In this document: in pieces, positions 41,387 through 50,583 of the stretch | Numbering within the stretch: the stretch's first letter is position 1 | Layout of the letters: the number at the start of each line of letters is the position of its first letter | Made by a program: the position numbers and the translations under genes | From: Squalus acanthias | Taxonomy: Eukaryota | Assembly (NCBI GenBank): GCA_030390025.1 | Contig: CM059432.1 | Coordinates: 83,454,001 to 83,518,000, forward strand | Direction: 5' to 3' | DNA length: 64,000 bases | The notes under the pieces: generated by a model | Told to the model about the DNA's origin: nothing | Seen by the model: only the letters and a program-made list of their open reading frames with translations | Databases searched by the model: none

Positions 41387-41754
41387 AGGCTGTGCAACGA
41401 AGGTTCACTCGATTGATTCCTGGGATGAGAGGGCTGTCTATGAGCAGAGATTGAGTAGACTAGGCCTATATGCTCTGAAGTTTAGAAGAATGAGAGATGA
41501 TCTCATTGAAATGAATAAAATTCTTAGCGGGCTTGACGCTGAGAGGCTATTTCCCCTGGCTGGGGAGTCTAGAACTAGGAGTCATAGGGGTAAAAATTCA
41601 GTTGGTTGCGCCTCCCGTTAGCGCCTTAAATGGGCGCTAATGGGGCGTTAAGGCGCTAACGCCCGGGCGCAGCGCTGTTTGCGCCGCTCGAGAACTTAAC
41701 TTAAGATTGTGCGGCGGCGCTAAAACTTACCGCTGCGACCACCTGCGCGCGCAG

Positions 41755-41903
41755 ATTGTGACGTAATTCCGTGGTGCAACGCCCTTGGGGCGCCCCGGAG
41801 CGGAAATTGAGTGGCACCCCCTGCCTTACCGCCTGGCGCTTCCAACGACCGGAAGACTGGAACGTTATCAATCGGTGTGGGGCTGGGGGGGGCGCTATTT
41901 AAA
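41755..41903 (+). promoter_or_regulatory. Putative transposase promoter (CRE-like TGACGT plus TATA-like TATTTAAA)
   Basis: gattgtgacgtaat near 41755 and tatttaaa 41896-41903; equivalent motifs in related elements near 54426/54564 (+) and 31839/31706 (-). Confidence 0.5.
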
Positions 41904-42098
41904 GGGGGCCTCTTCCTGTCTTTTTCTGTGGTCGACATTTATGCACCACTCGTTCTGAGAGAGAGAGAGAGATTCGGAGAGAGAGAGAGAGAGACTTCTA
42001 CATTGACTCAACGCTTTGTGAGGTAGTTTTGCCTAGTTCATCCTAACTTTGCTGCTACTTTCGTTGCTGTACCTCATTACTTTTCTGGCAAAGAGAAT

Positions 42099-43259
42099 AT
42101 GGGGGCTGCAATGATTGGGGGCGTCGTCCTGCTCCAGCTCAATCGGAGGAGAGTGAGACGCAGACAGAGAGTGGCAATGATGGCCAGACGGAGGAGGGCC
42201 ATCAGGCGCATGTACAGGAGAGCTTACCCTCCCAGGGTATATCGTGAACAGCTCTCCTACATCCACATGTCCGAGGAGCTGTGTTTGCGAAGGCTGCGAT
42301 TCAGCAAGGAGGTGGTCACTGAGCTCTGCCACCTGCTGCAGCCAGATCTGCAGCCTCAGCTGAGGTCCAGGACGTCTCTGTCGGTGGCAGTGAAGGTCAC
42401 AGTGGCTTTGAACTTCTACGCCACTGGCTCATTCCAAGCTGCTGTTGGGGACCTCGCCAATATCTCCCAGTTTGCGGTGCATCGCTGCATCCGGCAGGTC
42501 ACCAATGCCCTCTTCACAAGGAGACGAGACTTCATCTCCTTCCCTATGACCCCAGACAAGCAGCATGACCGTGCTATGGGCTTTGCGAGGGTAGCGGGCT
42601 TCCCCATGGTGCAGGGCGCCATTGACTGCACGCATGTGGCTTTGCGTGCTCCGCGAGAGAATGCAGAGGAGTTCCGGAACAGAAAGGGGTTCCATTCCTT
42701 GAATGTGCAGTTGGTCTGTGACCACAGACAGGTGATTCTCGCTGTCAATGCCCACTATCCGGGCAGCTGCCACGATGCTTTCATCCTGCGCCAGAGTACT
42801 GTGGCAGAAATTTTCGAGGCACCGCATCAGCCAGTTGGTTGGCTTCTGGGGGACAAGGGGTACGCATTGAGCACCTGGCTGATGACACCGCTCCGTGCGC
42901 CAAACACCCCTGCTGAGCTGCGGTACCAGGAAAGCCAACAAGCAACCAGGAACATTATTGAGCGCACAATCGGCGTGCTCAAACAACGATTCCGCTGTCT
43001 GGACCATTCCGGAGGAGCCCTGCAGTACTCGCCTGAGCAAGTTTCCAAATTCGTAGTGGTGTGCTGCATGTTGCACAACATGGCAATCCTCAGGACGCAG
43101 CCAATGCCACCAGGCCTTGCAGCACCACAAGAGGAGGAGGAGGAAGAGGAGGAACAGGCCGAGGACGATGATCAGCAGCAGCACCAAGGCAGGAGGGCGG
43201 CCCACAATGGTCAAACTGCAAGGGCCGTCCGTCAACGACTAATAGCAAGCCGCTTCTAG
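42099..43259 (+). CDS. Harbinger DDE transposase (HARBI1-like, DDE_Tnp_4 type), 386 aa
   Basis: ATG-to-TAG ORF with GAIDCTH, NRKGFHSLNVQ, YPGSCHDA, LGDKGY, RNIIERTIGVLKQRF, CCMLHN; catalytic acidic residues present. Confidence 0.95.
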   Translation: MGAAMIGGVVLLQLNRRRVRRRQRVAMMARRRRAIRRMYRRAYPPRVYREQLSYIHMSEELCLRRLRFSKEVVTELCHLLQPDLQPQLRSRTSLSVAVKVTVALNFYATGSFQAAVGDLANISQFAVHRCIRQVTNALFTRRRDFISFPMTPDKQHDRAMGFARVAGFPMVQGAIDCTHVALRAPRENAEEFRNRKGFHSLNVQLVCDHRQVILAVNAHYPGSCHDAFILRQSTVAEIFEAPHQPVGWLLGDKGYALSTWLMTPLRAPNTPAELRYQESQQATRNIIERTIGVLKQRFRCLDHSGGALQYSPEQVSKFVVVCCMLHNMAILRTQPMPPGLAAPQEEEEEEEEQAEDDDQQQHQGRRAAHNGQTARAVRQRLIASRF

Positions 43260-43370
43260 GGCCCCTGCCAGTGCTGCAAACACGAATCAACCCAGCACGC
43301 AACCCCTAAGCCGGCCAAGGCACCAATAATTCCAACCACCAGCCATGTATATTTTGAATACAGAAACTTA

Positions 43371-43424
43371 TTTATTGTACAAACTCTGTGTGTGTCAATT
43401 CCTCATGACAAACTCAGAAATAAA
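43371..43424. terminator. Opposed polyadenylation signals of the two Harbinger genes
   Basis: tttatt 43371-43376 (AATAAA on -) and aataaa 43419-43424 (+), between the two stop codons. Confidence 0.55.
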
Positions 43425-43551
43425 CACAAAAAAACAGTCAATAACATAACTGGTTCTCACAACCTGGAGATAATGTCCAAAACACTAAACAAAAGTTGGG
43501 CCATGAACCTCGGCCTTTAATAAAAAAATGACCAGCATTTTGGCACACCTC

Positions 43552-44618
43552 CTACTTTTTGCCCTTCGAGGGTGATCTCCTTCCCTTGCGCACTTCCCCC
43601 CTTCTAACCCTACTGCTCCTCCGTAATGGGACCTCAGTGGCTGCAGCAAGGCTGGTGGAAGGCTGCTGCTTGTCAGACCCTGACACTGCAGATGCCCCTG
43701 AAGGACGGCCTCGACCACTTCTGGGCCTGGAGGGCCCGGCTGCAGACTGCACCAACTCTGCATGGGCGGCAGCAGTCTGTCCTACAGGCGGTGGCAAGTG
43801 CAGTGGAGAAGTGACAGTGTTGGCAGCAGGAATGCTGTCATCGTGAGAGAGGACAGCAACTCCCTGCTCGCCCGACACACTGGCACTCCCACGGGGCAGC
43901 ACTTCAGCATCCGGAGCAATTTGCCGGAGAACAGATTGCTGGCCTGCAGCGGCGCGGTGACAGCCCCGGGGACATGTGCACGAACCATCGAGGATGGCAG
44001 CAGTCAGTGCTCGCGTGGCCTCAATCTGAGTCTGCATGAGAGCAGTCTCAGATGGATTCCTGGCAGCCAGTGACTGAATTGCAGCAGTAAGCTTTAGTGT
44101 GGCATCCGCCTGTGCTACAGCGAAGTGCTCCACACTCCTTGCCAGTGCCTCAATGCATTCGGGCACCCTTCCCACTGCACCCATGAGCTCAGTGTGCATG
44201 CCCACCGCCTGGCTGTTCATTTCTGCAATCAGCCGCTCCTCCTCTGCGTCCATTGCATTAGGAGTGTCTGGCATACTCTCCCTCTGGGGAGAAGGCTCCC
44301 GTTCTTCCCTCCCCCCCCCATGGCGTGGCTGCAGCCCGCTGGGTCCTGGAACTTCACCATCATCAGCCCCTTCCCCCCTGCTCCCCCGTTCTTCCCTCCC
44401 CCCGCAATGGCGTTGCTGCAGCCCGCTGGGTCCTGGAACTTCACCATCATCAGCCCCTTCCCCCCTGCTCCCCTCCGGGGAAGGCGTGTTCCCAGTGTGG
44501 CCATGGGCTTCCTCGGGAGAGGGTGGCACTGATGCTCCGGCTTCCTCTTCCTCCTCAGCTGCAGCATCACTCCCAGTGGCAGCTTCAGGGACCATCTCCT
44601 CAGCTGGTGAATCACCAT
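43552..44618 (-). CDS. Harbinger Myb/SANT-like protein, exon 3 (acidic/low-complexity and helical region, basic C-terminus); spliced product 488 aa
   Basis: Acceptor cctgctttcag|AT; the phase-1 join is in frame with ORF 43552-44595; TAG at 43552-43554. Confidence 0.85.
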
Positions 44619-44777
44619 CTGAAAGCAGGGAGGTACAAGAGTGGCTTTAGCGTGAGGACAGGGTGGCAGTAAGGGAGGAATAAGTGCAGCGAGTTAGCAA
44701 GTTGGATTGAAAGTGTCAAAGGCTGGTATTGTGAGGGACAAGTGGAAGGACAGAGGACAAAAAGGTGATGACCTTAC

Positions 44778-44940
44778 CATTGCTGTCCACAACGGGGTCG
44801 GCGTCTCCAGTGGCGACGGGACCGATCACCCGGCTTGCCACAATCCTGTGGACGCGCTCCTCCAGATCGCTGAGGGGTTGCAGCTGAAGCCGCCCTCCAC
44901 CCGTCCGTTGCTGCTGTCTCCGATTATGAGCCAGCTTAGC
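44778..44940 (-). CDS. Harbinger Myb/SANT-like protein, exon 2 (163 nt)
   Basis: Acceptor ttttcttgcag|GCT; AKLAHNRRQQQRTGGG...LSDLEERV; donor G|GTAAGG (phase 1). Confidence 0.88.
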
Positions 44941-44967
44941 CTGCAAGAAAAAGGACAGCATCTGAGT

Positions 44968-45130
44968 CAATATACAGCCATGGTCTTGCCTGATGTGCCT
45001 CCCATAGGTGAATAGCCCTTACAATATGCAGCCATGGTCTTGCCTGATGTGCCTCCCATAGGTGAATAGCCCTTACAATATGCAGCCATGGTCTTGCCTG
45101 ATGTGCCTCCCATAGGTGAATAGCCCTTAC
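44968..45130. repeat. 3 x 54-bp tandem repeat inside intron 1 of the Myb-like gene
   Basis: gccatggtcttgcctgatgtgcctcccataggtgaatagcccttac at 44977, 45031 and 45085. Confidence 0.95.
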
Positions 45131-45278
45131 TGTATGCAAAGTGTGGAATGTGTGTGTGTGTTTGATGAAAGGGCCATAGGTGTTGCATGAGTGTTGTGCT
45201 TTGGGGTTTTAAGACCCTCTGGCCATAGAGTGAGGTTGAGATGGAGGGATGGAGAGGTATTGAGAAAAAGCCACTCAC

Positions 45279-45515
45279 CCTGACGACCCGAGTGAGGTCA
45301 TTGAACTTTTTGCGGCACTGGACATGGGTCCTGGGCACCATGCTCCTGGAGGAGACGCTCTGAGCCACCTCCCTCCACACTCTTCTGAACTCGCGTGGCA
45401 AAGGCCTCCTGCCACTCTCCGGGAACAGCATGCATCGTCTGCGCTCCACTGCGTCAACCAGAGCATCCAAGGCCCGCTCGGTGAAGCGATGAGCGCGTTC
45501 TCTCACCCTCTCCAT
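45279..45515 (-). CDS. Harbinger Myb/SANT-like (trihelix) DNA-binding protein, exon 1 (79 codons)
   Basis: MERVRERAHRFTERALDALV...WREVAQSV...PRTHVQCRKKFNDLTRVVR then donor AGG|GTGAGT (phase 0). Confidence 0.9.
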
Positions 45516-45945
45516 GCTTGGCAGCAAAATGGATTACAGGTCTCTCCAGGCTGAGATTCAAGGCTGCAATGAGCAGGGTGTGGCTGGGGAGCAAGTGGCC
45601 CCCCCCGCTTTAAGAAGTGTCCGGCGCCAGTGTGTCTGTGTTCCCTCGCTAACTGGCAGCAGCTGCGCTGCGCTCGTGCGCTGAGGTCGCGCCTCACTCC
45701 TAGGCCTTTGTGCCTTAAGAGAGGTGTGCAGCGCCTAATTTAGCGCTCCACTCACCTCCCGGGGCGGTAAAAGTGAAGTTTCCTGTCAGTGCCGATAATT
45801 AGCGCCAGGCGCTAATATTTGCGCGCGGACGATATTTGCGCCCCAAATGGGGCGCGACCTAATTTCTACCCCATAGTCTCAGGATAAGGGGTTGGCCATT
45901 TTGGATTGAGATGAGGAGAAATTTCTTTACTCAGAGGATTGTGAA

Positions 45946-46119
45946 CAATGTTCCCTTTAAGTTGCATGGCTGCCCGGCAGCGCAGCGCTCTAGGGGTCCC
46001 AAGCAGCCGGTGAGCTGGCTTTTAAATTGAAGAAATCGCGCATTTGTGGAATTTTGAATGTGCCTCGTAGCCTGTTAAAGGGGCCATGCAGCCCAAAAAA
46101 AAAATTACAGGGAACATTG
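45946..46119. mobile_element. 174-bp hAT-type MITE
   Basis: Perfect 11-bp TIR caatgttccct / agggaacattg; 8-bp TSD attgtgaa (45938-45945) / cttgtgaa (46120-46127), one mismatch. Confidence 0.85.
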
Positions 46120-46817
46120 CTTGTGAATCTTTGGAATTCTCTACCCCAGAGCTGTGGATGCTTAGTCAATGAGTATGTTCAAGACTGAGATCGATAGATT
46201 TTTGGGCACTAAAGGAATCAAGGGATATGGGGATCGGGCGGGAAAGTGGAGTTGATGTAGAAGTTCAGCCATGATCTTATTGACTGCGGAGCAGGCTCGA
46301 GGGGCCGCAGGGGCTATTCCTGCTCCTATTTCCTAAGTTCTTACGTTCTTATAAAGTGTGCTTTTACTACTTCCTGACCTAATGCTATATTTAGGGGCTC
46401 CGAGTGTGAGCAACAAGTTTGATAGCAAGCGTCTTGTTCATTTATTGCAATTGCTGTACGTAAATTAAAAAAAGTGGCAATTCCCTTATTCTCAAAGGAT
46501 TTATGTGATAAAGACCCAGATTTTCCTGCGCTATTGTAATGGATCATCTACATTGTAGGCGTGAAAGAAAGAGGAAGTTATGGAGTAAGTGACTTATGGT
46601 ATTACTTACACCACATCATATTTTCCTGTGCTGCTCCGCCATTACCGTCACCGAAAAATATATTCCTATTGAAATTACGCTCGCCGAAAACAGTGAGAAA
46701 TTAATTATCACAGCTCCACGCCATTAAAATCAATAGCGATCGAGATTTTCCTGGATTTTCACCCCGCTGTCACTTAGACTCAAAATTAATGACAGTGGTG
46801 GCCTGGCAGCGACATGG

Positions 46818-49000
46818 TCATAGAGTCATAGCGGCACAAAAGGAGGCCATTCGGCCCATCGAGTCTGTGCCGGCTCTCTGTAGAGCAATCCAGTCAGTCC
46901 CATTCCCCCACTCTATCCCCGTAGCCCTGCAAATTTATTTCCCTCAAGTGCCTATCCAGTCTCCCCTTGAAAACATTGAGTGTCTCCGCTTCCACCACTC
47001 CCGTCGGCAGTGAGTTCCAGGTCCTCACCACTCGCTGTGTAAAAAAGTTTTTCCTCACATCCCCCCTGTATCTCTTGCCCAAAACCTTAAATCTGTGTCC
47101 CCTAGCCCTTGTACCATCAACTAGTGGGAACAGCCTTTCTCCGTCTAACCTATCCAAACCCGTCATAATCTTGTACACCTTTTGTGAAGGAATGAGCCAT
47201 ACCTATTCAGAAAAATACACCATTCTATGAAAGAATTCTGACCTTATTAAAACATGACAAACTGGGTTTAGAAATCTAAAAACCTAACAATGGAGAAGCT
47301 GTATTGTTAACAGCATTCTGGCTATGGGGATGGGATGGTTGTTGACACTGAATCAATAACCTTATTGAAACAGAAGGTTGGAGGCTCCCGATGGTCTGAA
47401 TCTTTGGAAAGAAGACAATGGTGCATCCTGGTTAAGGTGTTCTAAATTACACTTTGGAAAGAAACACATAAAATTAAGAAACATATGCCTTCGTAAAAAT
47501 GACATCAAGTAAAAGAAACACCTGCCGTCACATCGTTTTTATGTTAAACTTAGAACACCTACGGAGGAGAGACACGAGTCTGTGTTACGACCAGCTGAGG
47601 TGACTTAAGAATTGCATAGATCACCCTGGTTGAGGTGTTCTAATTTACACTTCGTAAAGAGACACAAACAGAAGGCCTTGGTAGAGATGACATCAAGTGA
47701 AATGCACCTACTGTTACACCGTTTTTTTATGGTGGGCTTGGGACACCTGGGGTACAGACATAATTCTGCATTGCTACCAGCTGAACTGACTGTAAGAATA
47801 GCAGGGGTCAGCAGAAAAATGACTAGAGATAACTAGATTACATCAGCAGAAAACTTCAAAGGAAATACCACTGAAAAAGGATATAAATATTGAACTTTCA
47901 AATGGGATGATAGTCTCGCTGTAAAGGGGCAAATCGATTCTCAGGCTTCAGAGGCAGGCTCTGTAAGTCTACAACTCTTTGTATCTTGGGGATCAACGGT
48001 ACTGTATTTGATTTTGGTGGATATCCTGGAATAAGACTAAGAACTGTAAAACTGTAGCGAAATTAAGATCTGATAATAAGAATTGTAAGCTTACTCTTTT
48101 TTGGAAATGTTAATGTTGCGATTGAAACACCTACTGTAATTACATGTCGATTCTTTAATAAATCTATATATTTTTAAAATTGTCTCACATAATACTTCTG
48201 TATCAAACTCGCGAACTCAATCTCTGTACGCTCTTTGGTGAGGAGTTGCAGAATTCTGAGGGAATTTTCCGGACCCTCATAATATCCGGAACGTTACAGT
48301 CTAGCTAAACTTATTAAAAGTGCTATCTAGAGGACGGTAACATTTTCAGGTTGTTCCTTTCCTTTGGGGAGAGATAGTCTGGACCTTTAGACCCAATTAA
48401 GCGTCTTTAGGATTTGGCTACCTCAAACTTTAGTTGAAAGTGAACGTCTGAGGAATACGCCTGATCTGGGGTAGCCCTAAAGGGGCTAGGACTAGTAATT
48501 ATCCCTTCACTTTATCAAATCACCCCTCAACCTCCTTTGCTCTAATGAAAACAAATCCAGCTTCTCCAACCTGTCCTTGTAGCTAAGACCCCCACCCCCG
48601 GAACCATTCTGGTAAATCTCCTCTGCACCCTCTCAAGGGCCTGCACATCCTTCCTAAAGTGTGGTGACCAGAACTGGACACAATACTCCAGTTGTGGCCT
48701 AACCAGCGCTTTATAAAGGTTCAGCATAACTTCTCTACTTTTGTACTCAATACCTCTATTTATGAAGCCCAAGACCCCATATGCTTTGCTAACCACTCTC
48801 TCAATATGTCCTGCCACCTTTAGGGACCTATGCACATTTACTCCCAGATCCCTCTGTCACTGCACACGCTTTAAAACTGTGCCACTAAGTGTATACTGCT
48901 TCTCCCTGTTCCTTCTGCCAAAATGCATCAACTCACACTTCTCTGTATTAAATTCCATCTGCCACTTGTCTGCTCATTCTGCTAGCCTTTCTATGTCCTG
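46818..49000 (-). mobile_element. CR1 3' fragment split by an LTR-like insert (46818-47182 and 48510-49000)
   Basis: ORFs 48542-48835 (LVRPQLEYCVQFWSP) and 46894-47178 (YKIMTGLDR...FFTQRVV) are consecutive CR1 ORF2 segments. Confidence 0.9.
47183..48509 (+). mobile_element. Solo LTR-like element, 1,327 bp
   Basis: TG...CA ends (tgtgaagg / ccttca); 4-bp TSD cttt at 47179-47182 and 48510-48513; TATA-like box near 47882; AATAAA 48157-48162; ~200-bp internal direct repeats; no long ORF. Confidence 0.8.
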
Positions 49001-50583
49001 TTGGTTTGTCGCTCCTACATGTTAAACATATTTTCAATGCCCCCAGAAAATTTATACTTAGCTTTAGCAAAAGCAGTTGGGCCAGAAGCAGTGCTCAGCA
49101 GTGAGTAGAATAGGCTCCGTTTCCGATTTATCATCGTCCTCATATATCCAAGATGCCCCATTGCCCTCCCTGGAGCCCTCCTGCACTGCGCTCTTCCGGT
49201 TCCAGTTTGCAGTGTGAATTGGAGTAGTGACGAATGCCGAGACTGCCCGCACCTGCCCGCTTTGTTTAAAGTGATAAACGTTAGAATGAATAGATGGAGC
49301 TCCAGGAAGGAGCAGAGGCAGCAGTTAAAGCAAGTTGCGAGAAGGAAGAAGAGTATTTTTTAAAAACTTCCTAAGTGCACTGTGAGCTGGTTACAATCTC
49401 CCGGCAGTTTATCAGACCTGCTCTGGTCCCAGTCTCCTTGCTGGAAGCAGGAGTCAGAACTGAATACACATCCCACTCATACACAGACACCTCAGTGCAC
49501 ACACAGTCCGCTTGGCATCTTTACATTGACCGTTGGCTGTGCCCCTTCTCATTCGCCGCTATGCCCTCTGTGACATATTCTAATTAGAAATGCAGGAAAA
49601 TATGGAGTGAGTTACCAACAGTGAGCTCAGTGCATGAGATTTCAAAATTTACAGTATCTTTGCCTTAACTATGAACTAAGAGAATACCACCAGTGAGTTA
49701 TCTTGCTGGGGCGCGATCAGGCTTCTGGGCTGCTATTGAGCCGTGTACTTTCCAATTTGATGCGTACAAATGTGTTAAAATTTGACTTGGTTATATCTAT
49801 GATATAGTCATATCAGTTGTTGAACTTTTAAGCCTCAGTTGGCTGAAAAACAATGGGGGAGAAATTAACTCGCTGAAATATTGGCCGACAGCATTCCTAA
49901 GGTAGTGGAGGAGAAGGGGTTTACAATTTAAAACGCCATTTTGCAAAGCAAGGAAATCATTTAAAAAATATTTTTAATCTTCAGCTAGCACTGTCGGCCA
50001 TGTTATGATGTGACAGGCAATGCAGCCAATCCCCATACCCAACAAAGGGCAACGATCCAACTGCAATGCAAATACAGAAATGAGCTATTATGGAAATGAG
50101 TCCGATGCTGGGAGATCTGCTGGGGTCAAGGCTCATTGGGATGGACAGACAAGAAACTCACACCACCACTGATCTGGAAAGATTGCCACCCGATTGAAAA
50201 ATCCGCCTCTAAGGAGTTTAAAAACCAGCTGCAGTTAAAATCCATGTCCCAGCCTAACTCAATACAAACAACGTGAGTACAATGCAGTCTGACCTCTGAA
50301 GTAGATACATACTATGAGGTAAACTCTCATTTTACACCACCTGGGCAATAATCTGGAGGAGAGCAGATTGTCTGCTCTTTTCTAATGGAATGAATATTGG
50401 GCGGGTTCTATAATATGCAGGTGATCCTCTCCGCCAGGAGGGGGAAGACAAAAATTTATCCTGATATGCTTGCTCAGTTGTGACAGCCAGTTACTTTTGA
50501 ATGCAGCTGAGAGTTAGTCAATCTAGGGCTCCAGAGACTGCTTTTCAGGTATTAAATGACCTGAAGCTGTTTAACAAGGTATG

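Larger units (their letters stand above)
41587..45872 (+). mobile_element. Apparently intact autonomous PIF/Harbinger DNA transposon, 4,286 bp
   Basis: TIR GGGGTAAAAATT (41587-41598) / AATTTCTACCCC (45861-45872), 11/12 match; ATA TSD 41584-41586 and 45873-45875; two convergent intact genes. Confidence 0.95.
38478..46351 (+). mobile_element. Older 5'-truncated CR1 LINE split into five pieces (38478-39163, 39917-40197, 41387-41586, 45873-45945, 46120-46351)
   Basis: RT motifs in ORF 38614-; the pieces rejoin into colinear CR1 sequence when four inserts are removed; 3' tail at 46260-46351. Confidence 0.9.

Noticed and set aside
42099..43259. Domesticated host gene HARBI1 (or NAIF1 for the partner)
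   Set aside because: Both genes lie within TIRs and a TSD inside a LINE, so this is a transposon rather than a host locus
42416..44672. Overlapping antisense ORFs (e.g. 42429-43235, 44099-44650)
   Set aside because: Shadows of GC-rich coding sequence on the opposite strand; no recognisable motifs
44968..45130. CRISPR-like appearance of regular repeats
   Set aside because: Head-to-tail units without unique spacers, eukaryotic intronic context, no cas genes
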